DNA from: a virus
Lineage: Duplodnaviria; Caudoviricetes
Reading direction: 5' to 3' (one strand)
Virus record (IMG/VR): IMGVR_UViG_3300037424_000832
Location: 1-29,932 of that record
DNA length: 29,932 nt
Every line of letters starts with the position of its first letter. The stretch's first letter is position 1. Made by a program: the position numbers and the translations under genes. Below the pieces are notes generated by a model. The model searched no databases. It worked only from the letters and a program-made list of their open reading frames with translations, and was not told the origin of the DNA. Below, piece after piece: positions 1 to 7,285 of this stretch.

Positions 1-137
1 AATAGATCTAACAAGTCTTGTAATAAGTCAGATCTATTATAAATATACCTTTCTTCATCATAATCATAATCGCAATCCTCTAACCAATCAATTACAAATA
101 CATTGATTTCTTTTATTAGTTCTTTTTCTTTGTCCAT
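1..137 (-). CDS. hypothetical acidic phage protein, partial (runs off left edge)
   Basis: Not in ORF track. ATG at 137 preceded by GAGGT SD; translates MDKEKELIKEINVFVIDWLEDCDYDYDEERYIYNRSDLLQDLLDL... with no stop before position 1. Confidence 0.6.
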   Translation of the reverse strand, partial: MDKEKELIKEINVFVIDWLEDCDYDYDEERYIYNRSDLLQDLLDL

Positions 138-139
138 TA

Positions 140-232
140 TTAACCTCTATATTTAAAAATGTAGTATATTGCTCGCATTATACCTACAATATAAAAATCA
201 TCTTGTATATTTTTTATTATAATATTAAACAT
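140..232 (-). CDS. small hypothetical protein (30 aa)
   Basis: MFNIIIKNIQDDFYIVGIMRAIYYIFKYRG; AAGGAG SD inside the end of the upstream gene; fills the gap between two minus-strand genes. Confidence 0.4.
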   Translation of the reverse strand: MFNIIIKNIQDDFYIVGIMRAIYYIFKYRG

Positions 233-233
233 T

Positions 234-449
234 TTATTTATTCTCCTTATTATAAATATAATTGTTTTTAGCCTCTTCTACTGCGTTTTCTATGTTACAC
301 CATATATCTAAACTGAATACCCAATTTTCAGAATTTGCTAAATGTTCTAATGCGTATGTTGCTATTTCCTCTCTGTCTTCAAAATTAGGCGTAACTTCTA
401 AAACATCTTCTAAAGTTATTTTTAAGTTTATATATTTTTCTTCTTTCAT
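234..449 (-). CDS. hypothetical protein (71 aa, acidic)
   Basis: ORF track; AGGGA SD upstream; tightly packed in a minus-strand operon. Confidence 0.7.
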   Translation of the reverse strand: MKEEKYINLKITLEDVLEVTPNFEDREEIATYALEHLANSENWVFSLDIWCNIENAVEEAKNNYIYNKENK

Positions 450-461
450 CGTTTTATCCCT

Positions 462-893
462 TTATTTGTGTTTAAATAGATATTTACAATTTATATACAT
501 ATCAAAAAGATCATATATTATTTCTCTTCCACCTGTCCAAAAATATCCAGTAAATTCACTTAAACCATCTTCATCAAGAAATGCATTTTTACTTTTTTCA
601 TAAGCTCTTAATGTTTTATAATAGGTAGTTAAAATATCATCTCCTCTTTCATAAGTAAAATGGTAGTCTGCACTATCTACTAAATTGCTAAGTTTTTCGT
701 AGTATTCATCTGATCTAAGTTTTTCATAATTTCCACCTTGATTAATATCAAAATTTAAGTCTTTTATATATTCATCTATTATTTCATCATAAAAATAACC
801 TTGTACTAATGTTACTAACTCTTTATTAGTTCTTGTTGACTCATAACAAAAAGTATTCATATCACTAAATATACCTTTGTCTTGTAATTCCAT
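462..893 (-). CDS. hypothetical protein (143 aa)
   Basis: ORF track; AGAGGT SD; first gene after a leftward promoter at 926-955. Confidence 0.75.
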   Translation of the reverse strand: MELQDKGIFSDMNTFCYESTRTNKELVTLVQGYFYDEIIDEYIKDLNFDINQGGNYEKLRSDEYYEKLSNLVDSADYHFTYERGDDILTTYYKTLRAYEKSKNAFLDEDGLSEFTGYFWTGGREIIYDLFDMYINCKYLFKHK

Positions 894-925
894 TTTTTTA
901 CCTCTTTTTGGTTAATTTTCTTAAA

Positions 926-955
926 AGTATAGAACACATAAACGTTTATGCGCAA
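926..955 (-). promoter_or_regulatory. leftward sigma70-type promoter
   Basis: Minus strand TTGCGC (955-950), 18 nt, TATACT (931-926). The perfect palindrome CATAAACGTTTATG (937-950) spans the spacer. Confidence 0.55.
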
Positions 956-971
956 GTAAAAAAAATACTTG
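953..971. promoter_or_regulatory. putative operator CAAGTA-N7-TACTTG
   Basis: Perfectly complementary half-sites; overlaps the -35 of the leftward promoter. Confidence 0.55.
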
Positions 972-1006
972 GTTGATAATATTTAAAATACCTCTATAAC
1001 AATCCA

Positions 1007-1027
1007 TCAATTAAAAAATATAATTGA
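1007..1027. promoter_or_regulatory. putative operator TCAATTA-N7-TAATTGA
   Basis: Perfectly complementary half-sites; overlaps the TTGACA -35 of the terS promoter. Confidence 0.55.
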
Positions 1028-1052
1028 CACGCCACCTAACATAAGCTAGTAT
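1024..1052 (+). promoter_or_regulatory. sigma70-type promoter for terS (probably leaderless mRNA)
   Basis: TTGACA (1024-1029), 17 nt, TAGTAT (1047-1052), 6 nt, ATG (1059). Confidence 0.7.
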
Positions 1053-1058
1053 ATAAAT

Positions 1059-1577
1059 ATGGATAAGACAGAAAAGAAAGATAAAAGAGCTAAGAGCATT
1101 TCAAATCGACCCTCTCACTTAGGGCTAGTACCAAACAAAAAAAAGCCTAAACTTAATAGAGAGCTTCAACTGCTTAATAGTGATCAAAAGCTAAGTCTTG
1201 CAAAGATAAAGCAAGGAAGACATAAGCTATTTACTAATGAAAGGATAGAAGAGGAAGCACTTGCATTAATTGACTGGTCAAATGCTAGTATTGATAATAT
1301 GTGGATTCAAGACTTTTGCCAACAAAGGGGATATTGGTTTCAAAGGATAGGTGAATTTTGTAAAGACTGTAAATTATTCTCGGATGTGTACAAGGCTTTT
1401 GGCGTTGTCTCATCACACAGGGTGTTACTAAAAGGCTTGAAAAAGGAATATGACCCCTCTCTAGTGCGTTTCTATCTAATTAATAAGGGAGGGTACATCT
1501 CAGAGGCAACAAGGGCTTATAATGAGTCTAAAAGCGTTTCTGACATTAACATCACCATTAAAGAATTTAAGGAATAG
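1059..1577 (+). CDS. terS: terminase small subunit (P22 gp3-like)
   Basis: Basic N-terminus, helical core (IEEEALALIDW...FCQQRGY...FSDVYK), C-terminal KGLKKEYDPSLVRFYLINKGGY and a terminal beta-strand (DINITIKEF); lies upstream of TerL. Confidence 0.65.
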   Translation: MDKTEKKDKRAKSISNRPSHLGLVPNKKKPKLNRELQLLNSDQKLSLAKIKQGRHKLFTNERIEEEALALIDWSNASIDNMWIQDFCQQRGYWFQRIGEFCKDCKLFSDVYKAFGVVSSHRVLLKGLKKEYDPSLVRFYLINKGGYISEATRAYNESKSVSDINITIKEFKE

Positions 1578-1630
1578 CAAATACCCAAGCCCAATTAATA
1601 CAATTATTAGCATAATCAAATGCTGTGCAT

Positions 1631-1801
1631 TTATTTATCTTTTAAACCCATTTTAAGCTTTCTAATCTCTCTTTGTAGGATTGCCTTAGTTTGATTCATA
1701 ATATTGTAACATTCCTTACATTGTTTTCTTATTAAGCCCCTGTAAGTTAATTGCTTGTTAGACTCAGTAATCGCTTTCTTACATACTTCACATTGTTTCA
1801 T
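1631..1801 (-). CDS. small zinc-finger-like protein (56 aa)
   Basis: Not in ORF track. MKQCEVCKK...KQCKECYNIM... contains two CxxC pairs; AGGGA SD in the end of the upstream gene. Confidence 0.6.
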   Translation of the reverse strand: MKQCEVCKKAITESNKQLTYRGLIRKQCKECYNIMNQTKAILQREIRKLKMGLKDK

Positions 1802-1803
1802 TG

Positions 1804-1998
1804 TTAAATTTCCCTGAACTTAAATGTTAAATCAGTATTTAAAAGCATCCATCTAACGGTAGCATTAAACACACTGTATGTTTTGCCTATAACATCACCA
1901 CTGGATGTATAAATTGCATCAGCGGGCAAAAAATGATTGTCGATTAATAAAGTGGCATAACCATGTATACCATTTTTATATACTTTAAGCCTTGGCAC
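1804..1998 (-). CDS. hypothetical protein (64 aa)
   Basis: ORF track; GTG start with AAGGA SD. Confidence 0.55.
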   Translation of the reverse strand: MPRLKVYKNGIHGYATLLIDNHFLPADAIYTSSGDVIGKTYSVFNATVRWMLLNTDLTFKFREI

Positions 1999-2028
1999 AA
2001 TTAATCCTTTGTTTATATTTTAATTACT

Positions 2029-2056
2029 ACCATATTGTCGAAGTCGACAAAATGGT
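2029..2056. repeat. inverted repeat / hairpin
   Basis: ACCATATTGTCGA-AG-TCGACAAAATGGT, 12/13 bp complementary; immediately 3' of the 2056..2355 stop codon. Confidence 0.7.
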
Positions 2057-2355
2057 TATTCATTGTAAGTATAAATTAAAGCTTGTTCTACTTCATCATC
2101 GGTGGCAGCTCTTTCTATTTTGTGATCTTCAAAATACTCTATAATTTCCTCGTACTCTGTTTTTTTCATGTCTTCAAAATACTCATCAATAACAATGTCA
2201 ACTCCACTAGTGTCAATAAAATCAACGTGTGAAAAAGCAGCATTTAAAAAGCATAAAAAAGTAATTAAAAAAAAAGCTAACATAAAAGTAATATTAAATC
2301 TTAAGTTTTGATCATCGCTTTTAAGAAGAATCTTTTTAATTTTTTGCAATACCAT
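2056..2355 (-). CDS. hypothetical membrane-anchored protein (99 aa)
   Basis: ORF track; one hydrophobic segment (FNITFMLAFFLITFLCFLNAAF) followed by an acidic tail; AGGGGG SD. Confidence 0.65.
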   Translation of the reverse strand: MVLQKIKKILLKSDDQNLRFNITFMLAFFLITFLCFLNAAFSHVDFIDTSGVDIVIDEYFEDMKKTEYEEIIEYFEDHKIERAATDDEVEQALIYTYNE

Positions 2356-2493
2356 GTGTCCCCCTACCTTAAAATTAGTTAATTGATTTAAACCTATTTA
2401 AAACTCTAAATTCAATCATGTTTAAATGCTCTATATTAGCGTATCTTTTAAAAAACATAATATAACCCTATTTAAATCAAGTTTCTTTACAAA

Positions 2494-2985
2494 TCATAGC
2501 CTAGGCGGCTTTAACACTGTCCAAATGTGATTATATGCTTTGCTACTAACCACTTTGTTAAACACACTAGCTACTTTATCAACTGTAGAAATATTTCCTT
2601 TGCTTTCCGTTGATAATTTAAGCTTTCGATCATAATTTAACTCTTCTATTTTATCAAGAATAGCCGATGTTGTCAAGCAATATATATGTTCAAAGTATGG
2701 AAGATCGAATTCCTTAAAGAATTTGTTTATTCTGCCTTCCGTGTAATGACTTGCCGGAAAGTGAAATGACTTATAAGGCTTTTTGTCTGTCTTATAAGTT
2801 GCATTTAGTTTTGCCTTAGTAGAAATCCTATCTAATAAATCATCAAAATATTTTCCTTTGCTGACATTACTAAGAAACTCATTGATAACTTTTGATATAA
2901 ACTTTGTTTTGTTGTAATTGTGTTCTTTTATATATTCTGATATGAATTTATGTTCAACAGGATCTAAAAAAATTCTTATATACAT
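2494..2985 (-). CDS. putative ribbon-helix-helix DNA-binding protein (possibly tandem RHH)
   Basis: N-terminus MYIRIFLD-PVEHKFISEYIKEH-NYN-KTKFISKVINEFL fits a strand-helix-turn-helix RHH pattern; a second weaker unit starts at KSFHFPAS; divergent from terL. Confidence 0.5.
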   Translation of the reverse strand: MYIRIFLDPVEHKFISEYIKEHNYNKTKFISKVINEFLSNVSKGKYFDDLLDRISTKAKLNATYKTDKKPYKSFHFPASHYTEGRINKFFKEFDLPYFEHIYCLTTSAILDKIEELNYDRKLKLSTESKGNISTVDKVASVFNKVVSSKAYNHIWTVLKPPRL

Positions 2986-3005
2986 AAACAGACTCTTTTT
3001 GTTTT

Positions 3006-3035
3006 ATTGTGCAACTAATATTTTTAATATGTCAA
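3006..3035 (-). promoter_or_regulatory. leftward promoter for the RHH-like gene
   Basis: Minus strand TTGACA (3035-3030), 18 nt, CACAAT (3011-3006). Confidence 0.45.
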
Positions 3036-3049
3036 TTAAAATATTTATA

Positions 3050-3078
3050 TTGCCTATTAAAATATTTAGTTATATGTT
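3050..3078 (+). promoter_or_regulatory. sigma70-type promoter for terL (probably leaderless mRNA)
   Basis: TTGCCT (3050-3055), 17 nt, TATGTT (3073-3078), 6 nt, ATG (3085); no SD. Confidence 0.55.
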
Positions 3079-3084
3079 GTAAAT

Positions 3085-5607
3085 ATGAGAAATATAGTGC
3101 TACCCTATAATTTTACACCACGCCCTTATCAAAAGAAAATTTTAATTGCTTTGGATAAAGGTATCAAAAGAGCTGTTTGGGTTTGTCATAGAAGGGCTGG
3201 AAAAGACTTAACAATATGGAATTGGGCAATTACTCAAGCAGTTAAGAAAAGGCAAATTATATACTATCTATTACCTTCATACGCACAAGCAAAGAAGATT
3301 ATTTGGAATGGAATCACAATAGATGGGCGTAAGTTTTTGGAATTTATACCAAAAGAACTAATCGTAAGACAAAATGAATCAGAACTTCTTTTAGAGCTAT
3401 TTAATGGCTCTATTGTTCAGTTAATAGGATCAGACAATATAGACTCTATAGTTGGAACAAACCCGCAAATATGCGTGTTTTCTGAAATGGCTCTTCAAAA
3501 TCCTAGAGCATGGGAATTAATGAAGCCTATTTTAAGAGTAAATGAAGGAACAGCTATCTTTATTTCTTGTGTTGCTCCAAAAACATTAATTATCACAAAC
3601 GATGGATTAAAAAGAATTAGCAAAGTATCTGATTCTAGATTAAAATATACTGATTTGAATATAAATATTTGGGGATTAGGTGGTTTTAATAATGCTGAGC
3701 AATTTTATTATAGTAGCAAAGTGCCAACACTAAAAATAACTCTTGAATCAGGGTATATGATAGAGTGTTCGTATATTCACCCTATATGGAATGGTGAAAA
3801 GTGGGTGAAAGCTAGAAATTTGAACAAAGGCGATTTATTGCCTATTGAATATGGACAAAACATTTGGGGTAAAGGACTTGACTTTAAAGAATTTAAAAAT
3901 AATAAACATGGGTTAGTAAAATATAAATTTGATCTAAATAAAATTAATGTAGATTTGTTTTATTTATTTGGACTTATTAATGGTGATGGTTATTTTTCTA
4001 ATACATACGTAATAGTGGCAAATATAGATAAAGAGATCATTTCATTTCTTCACAAATGGGGGTTTAAATCAGAAAGAGAGAATACTCATCATAGATTAGG
4101 TTCAATGGAAATGTGTAGTCTTTTAAATTACATCGGATTCAAAAAAGGATCTAAAAATAAATCTATTCCCGATAAATTATTTAATGCTACAAAAGATCAG
4201 ATGAGGGCTTTTTTGCAGGGTTTATTTGATGCTGATGGCACAAGTCATTCTAACCCTAAATACAATGGAAGAGTAAAGTATACTTCTACATGCAGGCAAT
4301 TAATAAATGATATTAAAGTAGTTCTATTAAACTTTGGAATAGTTTCTGGTTTTACTAAAGAAATTAAAAAACCGACAAAAAAAGTAAAGGTAACATCTAC
4401 TATATACAATTTAGAAATAGATTCTTATTTTGCATGGCAATTTTATAATGAAATAGGGTTTAGGTTAACAAGAAAACAAAATAACTCATTTTTTGTAAAA
4501 AACAAATTAAAAAATGAAAGTGGGAATGTAATTCCAATTTTTGCTAAAAAAGAAGACTTTAAAGGTTACAATTTATCTAAGTTTAGGGTACTAAATCAAA
4601 GTAGGATAACAAGAAGAAAGATAGCCCAGATGAATAAAGAAAAACCTAATTCACAATTTGAAAAAATATTAAAGAATAAATTTTATTACTCACCAATTAA
4701 ATCTATTATTAAATCTGAAAGTGAGGTGTTTGATTTTGTAATACCGAATAATCATTCTTTTTTTTCTAATGGTTTTATATCGCATAATACACCCCGCGGA
4801 AAAAACGATTTTTATACATTATGTGAAATGGCTCAAAAAGAAGAAAATTGGTTTTATGAAAGACTTACGATAAATGATACAAATGTTTTAAATGAAAGAG
4901 ATATTGAAAGAGAGAGAAGGGAAGGAATGAGTGAAGAGCTTATTCAACAAGAGTATTATTGTTCTTTTGATATGGGTGTTGAAGGTTCTTATTACGGGAA
5001 TTACATCAAAAAGAGTTTTGAAGAAAATAGAATTGGTAAAATTGATTATGATAGAAACTATTTAGTAAATACAGCTTGGGACTTAGGATTTAATGATTCT
5101 ATGGTAATTATATTCTATCAAAAAAGAGGCAATGACATATTAATAATAGATCATTATGAAAATAGGGGATTTGCGCTAAATCATTACTTAGATCATTTGA
5201 AGACAAAAGAGTATGCGTACGGAAAGCACTTTGCACCGTTTGATGCTAATAATCATAGTAACTTTGGTAGAACGTTTAAAGAGGTGGCGGCTGAAAGAGG
5301 GTATAACTTTACAGTACTACCAAGAGATAAGTCTATATATGATGGAATAGAGAGGGCTAGGGGCTTGTTTCCGAGGGTTTATTTTGATGAAGAGAAGTGC
5401 TCATACTTGATAAAATGTTTAACAAATTATCATGCACAATTTGATGAAAATAAAAGAGTATTGGCTTATAACCCCCTTCATGACTGGTCGAGCCACGGGG
5501 CAGATTGTTTTAGATACCTAGCATTATCCCTATCATTTTCCGTAAACAATGAAGATATGAGCTTAGAAGAGTATAGAAAATGGAAAGGACAAATGGGATG
5601 GATGTGA
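3085..5607 (+). CDS. terL: terminase large subunit, intein-containing (about 433 aa after splicing)
   Basis: Adenine-binding PRPYQ, Walker A-like HRRAGKD, Walker B-like CVFSEMA, coupling motif FIS/TPRG split by the intein, QQEYYCSF linker, RNase H-like nuclease motifs AWDLGFND and HDWSSHGADCFRY. Confidence 0.95.
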   Translation: MRNIVLPYNFTPRPYQKKILIALDKGIKRAVWVCHRRAGKDLTIWNWAITQAVKKRQIIYYLLPSYAQAKKIIWNGITIDGRKFLEFIPKELIVRQNESELLLELFNGSIVQLIGSDNIDSIVGTNPQICVFSEMALQNPRAWELMKPILRVNEGTAIFISCVAPKTLIITNDGLKRISKVSDSRLKYTDLNINIWGLGGFNNAEQFYYSSKVPTLKITLESGYMIECSYIHPIWNGEKWVKARNLNKGDLLPIEYGQNIWGKGLDFKEFKNNKHGLVKYKFDLNKINVDLFYLFGLINGDGYFSNTYVIVANIDKEIISFLHKWGFKSERENTHHRLGSMEMCSLLNYIGFKKGSKNKSIPDKLFNATKDQMRAFLQGLFDADGTSHSNPKYNGRVKYTSTCRQLINDIKVVLLNFGIVSGFTKEIKKPTKKVKVTSTIYNLEIDSYFAWQFYNEIGFRLTRKQNNSFFVKNKLKNESGNVIPIFAKKEDFKGYNLSKFRVLNQSRITRRKIAQMNKEKPNSQFEKILKNKFYYSPIKSIIKSESEVFDFVIPNNHSFFSNGFISHNTPRGKNDFYTLCEMAQKEENWFYERLTINDTNVLNERDIERERREGMSEELIQQEYYCSFDMGVEGSYYGNYIKKSFEENRIGKIDYDRNYLVNTAWDLGFNDSMVIIFYQKRGNDILIIDHYENRGFALNHYLDHLKTKEYAYGKHFAPFDANNHSNFGRTFKEVAAERGYNFTVLPRDKSIYDGIERARGLFPRVYFDEEKCSYLIKCLTNYHAQFDENKRVLAYNPLHDWSSHGADCFRYLALSLSFSVNNEDMSLEEYRKWKGQMGWM
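3568..4788 (+). mobile_element. intein with LAGLIDADG homing endonuclease (407 aa)
   Basis: Starts CVAPKTLIIT; block B-like IECSYIHPIW; LAGLIDADG motifs YLFGLINGDG and FLQGLFDADG; ends VFDFVIPNNHSFFSNGFISHN followed by +1 Thr. Confidence 0.93.
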
Positions 5608-6005
5608 ATAGTGGCGATAAAAGAAAGTGCGAAATTTTCCTGTATAATGACAAATGGTTTAAAAAACTGAAAGCAAAAAAAAGTAAAAAAAAGGGTAGGT
5701 TTAAGATGTTTAATAAAAAATTAAAAGATAAGATAAATGAGTTAGCTGAAGAGGTTAAAAGTCTAAAAGGGGCTTTATTAGATCATGGAGACAATGTAAG
5801 CGCATTAAAATCTACTATTGATATGCTGAAGATTAAAGCTGAAGTGGCTTACCATGTATCAAATAAAGAGCATATTATAATAGACACCGAGGGTTATTTT
5901 GGTCTGCCAATAGATAAGAGCATTGAGAGGCTAGAAGCTATTAAGAATGGCTTTAAGTACATAGCTCCTTGTAAAGATGGAGAGATTTGGGTTAAGGACA
6001 AATAA
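5580..6005 (+). CDS. hypothetical protein with coiled-coil (start uncertain; ATG at 5706 has an SD)
   Basis: ORF track; its stop abuts the methyltransferase ATG; AGGGTAGG upstream of 5706. Confidence 0.6.
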   Translation: MERTNGMDVNSGDKRKCEIFLYNDKWFKKLKAKKSKKKGRFKMFNKKLKDKINELAEEVKSLKGALLDHGDNVSALKSTIDMLKIKAEVAYHVSNKEHIIIDTEGYFGLPIDKSIERLEAIKNGFKYIAPCKDGEIWVKDK

Positions 6006-6854
6006 ATGAATGGATTATCGCTTTTTAGTGGTATAGGAGGAATAGATGTGGCTTTATCTGATTGGGTTAAACCCATTGCCTATTGCGAAATCGAACCATA
6101 TTGTCAAAGTGTCCTCTTGCAGAGAATGCAAGAAGGGAATCTGCCCAAAGCACCAATATGGGATGATATACGAAGCTTTCCATCAAGAAGTTTCAACTTC
6201 ATTGATATCATTTACGGAGGATTCCCATGCCAAGATATCTCTGTTGCAGGACTTCAAAAAGGCTTGGAAGGAGAGCGAAGCGGTCTTTTTTTCGAAATAC
6301 TCCGAATCATGGATGCGGTCAAAGCTCCCTTCATATTCCTTGAAAACGTGCCAAACATTAGGACTAAAGGAGCAGAACGAGTTTGCAAAGAACTATCCGA
6401 AAGAGGGTATGATTGTCGATGGTGTAATATATCCGCTGCAGATGTGGGAGCGAGACATAAAAGAGAAAGATGGTTCTTATTGGGCTGCTCCAACGGTTGT
6501 TCAGGTAGGAAATCGGAGTCCAGCGGCATTAGAGAAAAAAAGGTTAAAGCGACTAGCAACGGGCAGAAAGAGTGTGCCATGCGGGTCATTAGAAGAACAG
6601 GTGAAGTACGGATACCCAATAAAGACGTTGTTTCCCACACCAAAGGCGAGGGACTGGAAGGACAAGGCAAGCCCGAGCGAGTACAACCGAAATACCCCTA
6701 CATTAGCCACCCATGCGGGTGGGCCACTGAACCCAATGTGGGTAGAATGGTTAATGGGCTACCACACAGGTTGGACAGAATTAAAGCCCTCGGAAACAGT
6801 GTAGTGCCGCTACAAGTTAGAGAAGCATTTAAAATACTAATGGGGTGGGTATAA
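6006..6854 (+). CDS. dcm: DNA (cytosine-5)-methyltransferase, catalytic 'alpha' polypeptide
   Basis: Motifs I LSLFSGIGG, IV GGFPCQDIS, V RSGLF, VI FLENV, VIII HKRERWF and X ALGNSVVP are present; no recognisable motif IX in this frame. Confidence 0.92.
   Translation: MNGLSLFSGIGGIDVALSDWVKPIAYCEIEPYCQSVLLQRMQEGNLPKAPIWDDIRSFPSRSFNFIDIIYGGFPCQDISVAGLQKGLEGERSGLFFEILRIMDAVKAPFIFLENVPNIRTKGAERVCKELSERGYDCRWCNISAADVGARHKRERWFLLGCSNGCSGRKSESSGIREKKVKATSNGQKECAMRVIRRTGEVRIPNKDVVSHTKGEGLEGQGKPERVQPKYPYISHPCGWATEPNVGRMVNGLPHRLDRIKALGNSVVPLQVREAFKILMGWV
6046..6804 (+). CDS. nested +1-frame 'beta' polypeptide of the C5 methyltransferase (TRD-like region and motif IX)
   Basis: 252 stop-free codons inside alpha; AGGAGG 5 nt before the ATG; contains FPTPKARDWK, PTLA and motif IX-like LNPMWVEWLMGYHTGWT. 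Confidence 0.75.
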   Translation: MWLYLIGLNPLPIAKSNHIVKVSSCRECKKGICPKHQYGMIYEAFHQEVSTSLISFTEDSHAKISLLQDFKKAWKESEAVFFSKYSESWMRSKLPSYSLKTCQTLGLKEQNEFAKNYPKEGMIVDGVIYPLQMWERDIKEKDGSYWAAPTVVQVGNRSPAALEKKRLKRLATGRKSVPCGSLEEQVKYGYPIKTLFPTPKARDWKDKASPSEYNRNTPTLATHAGGPLNPMWVEWLMGYHTGWTELKPSETV

Positions 6855-6856
6855 AT

Positions 6857-7042
6857 ATGAAAAAACTTTATATTTTCAATCATAATGAGTATGAACTTTT
6901 AAAATTGGATTGTGAAACTATTCTTTCTGAATGTGAAAAAAAAGATAATTTTGATATTAATCTTATCTTTGCAATGGCTAAAAAGATTTACAATAAATTA
7001 TTAGAAGATAATTTATATAAAAACGCTGAAAAATGGAGATAA
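6857..7042 (+). CDS. hypothetical protein (about 61 aa)
   Basis: ORF track 6845..7042; the ATG at 6857, just after the MTase stop, is the more likely start. Confidence 0.6.
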   Translation: MKKLYIFNHNEYELLKLDCETILSECEKKDNFDINLIFAMAKKIYNKLLEDNLYKNAEKWR

Positions 7043-7048
7043 ATTAAT

Positions 7049-7285
7049 ATGTGGATTAAAGATATTGACGGTGATCTTAAAAACCTAAATAAAGTTGGAT
7101 TGATTAATATCTATGAAGATGGAGAAGGATTCCGAGTTTTGGCGCAAGCAGACGGTTCTTATTTAGATGGTTGTCTTGCCGAGTTTTCAACTAAAGAAGA
7201 AGCTATTAAATTTATTGATGATTTGTATAACAAATTAAATATGCCTTACGAATCTAGTTTAATCTATTATAATAGAAATAGATGA
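7049..7285 (+). CDS. hypothetical phage protein (78 aa)
   Basis: ORF track; GGAG SD; ATGA overlap with the next gene. Confidence 0.7.
   Translation: MWIKDIDGDLKNLNKVGLINIYEDGEGFRVLAQADGSYLDGCLAEFSTKEEAIKFIDDLYNKLNMPYESSLIYYNRNR

Noticed and set aside
262-603. 113-aa + strand ORF
   Set aside because: Antisense shadow of two SD-led minus-strand genes; Ser/Phe-rich composition typical of reverse frames.
5894-6883. Several minus-strand ORFs over the MTase (5894-6076, 6254-6670, 6501-6710, 6698-6883)
   Set aside because: No motifs; explained by higher local GC and the dual-coding constraint on the + strand.
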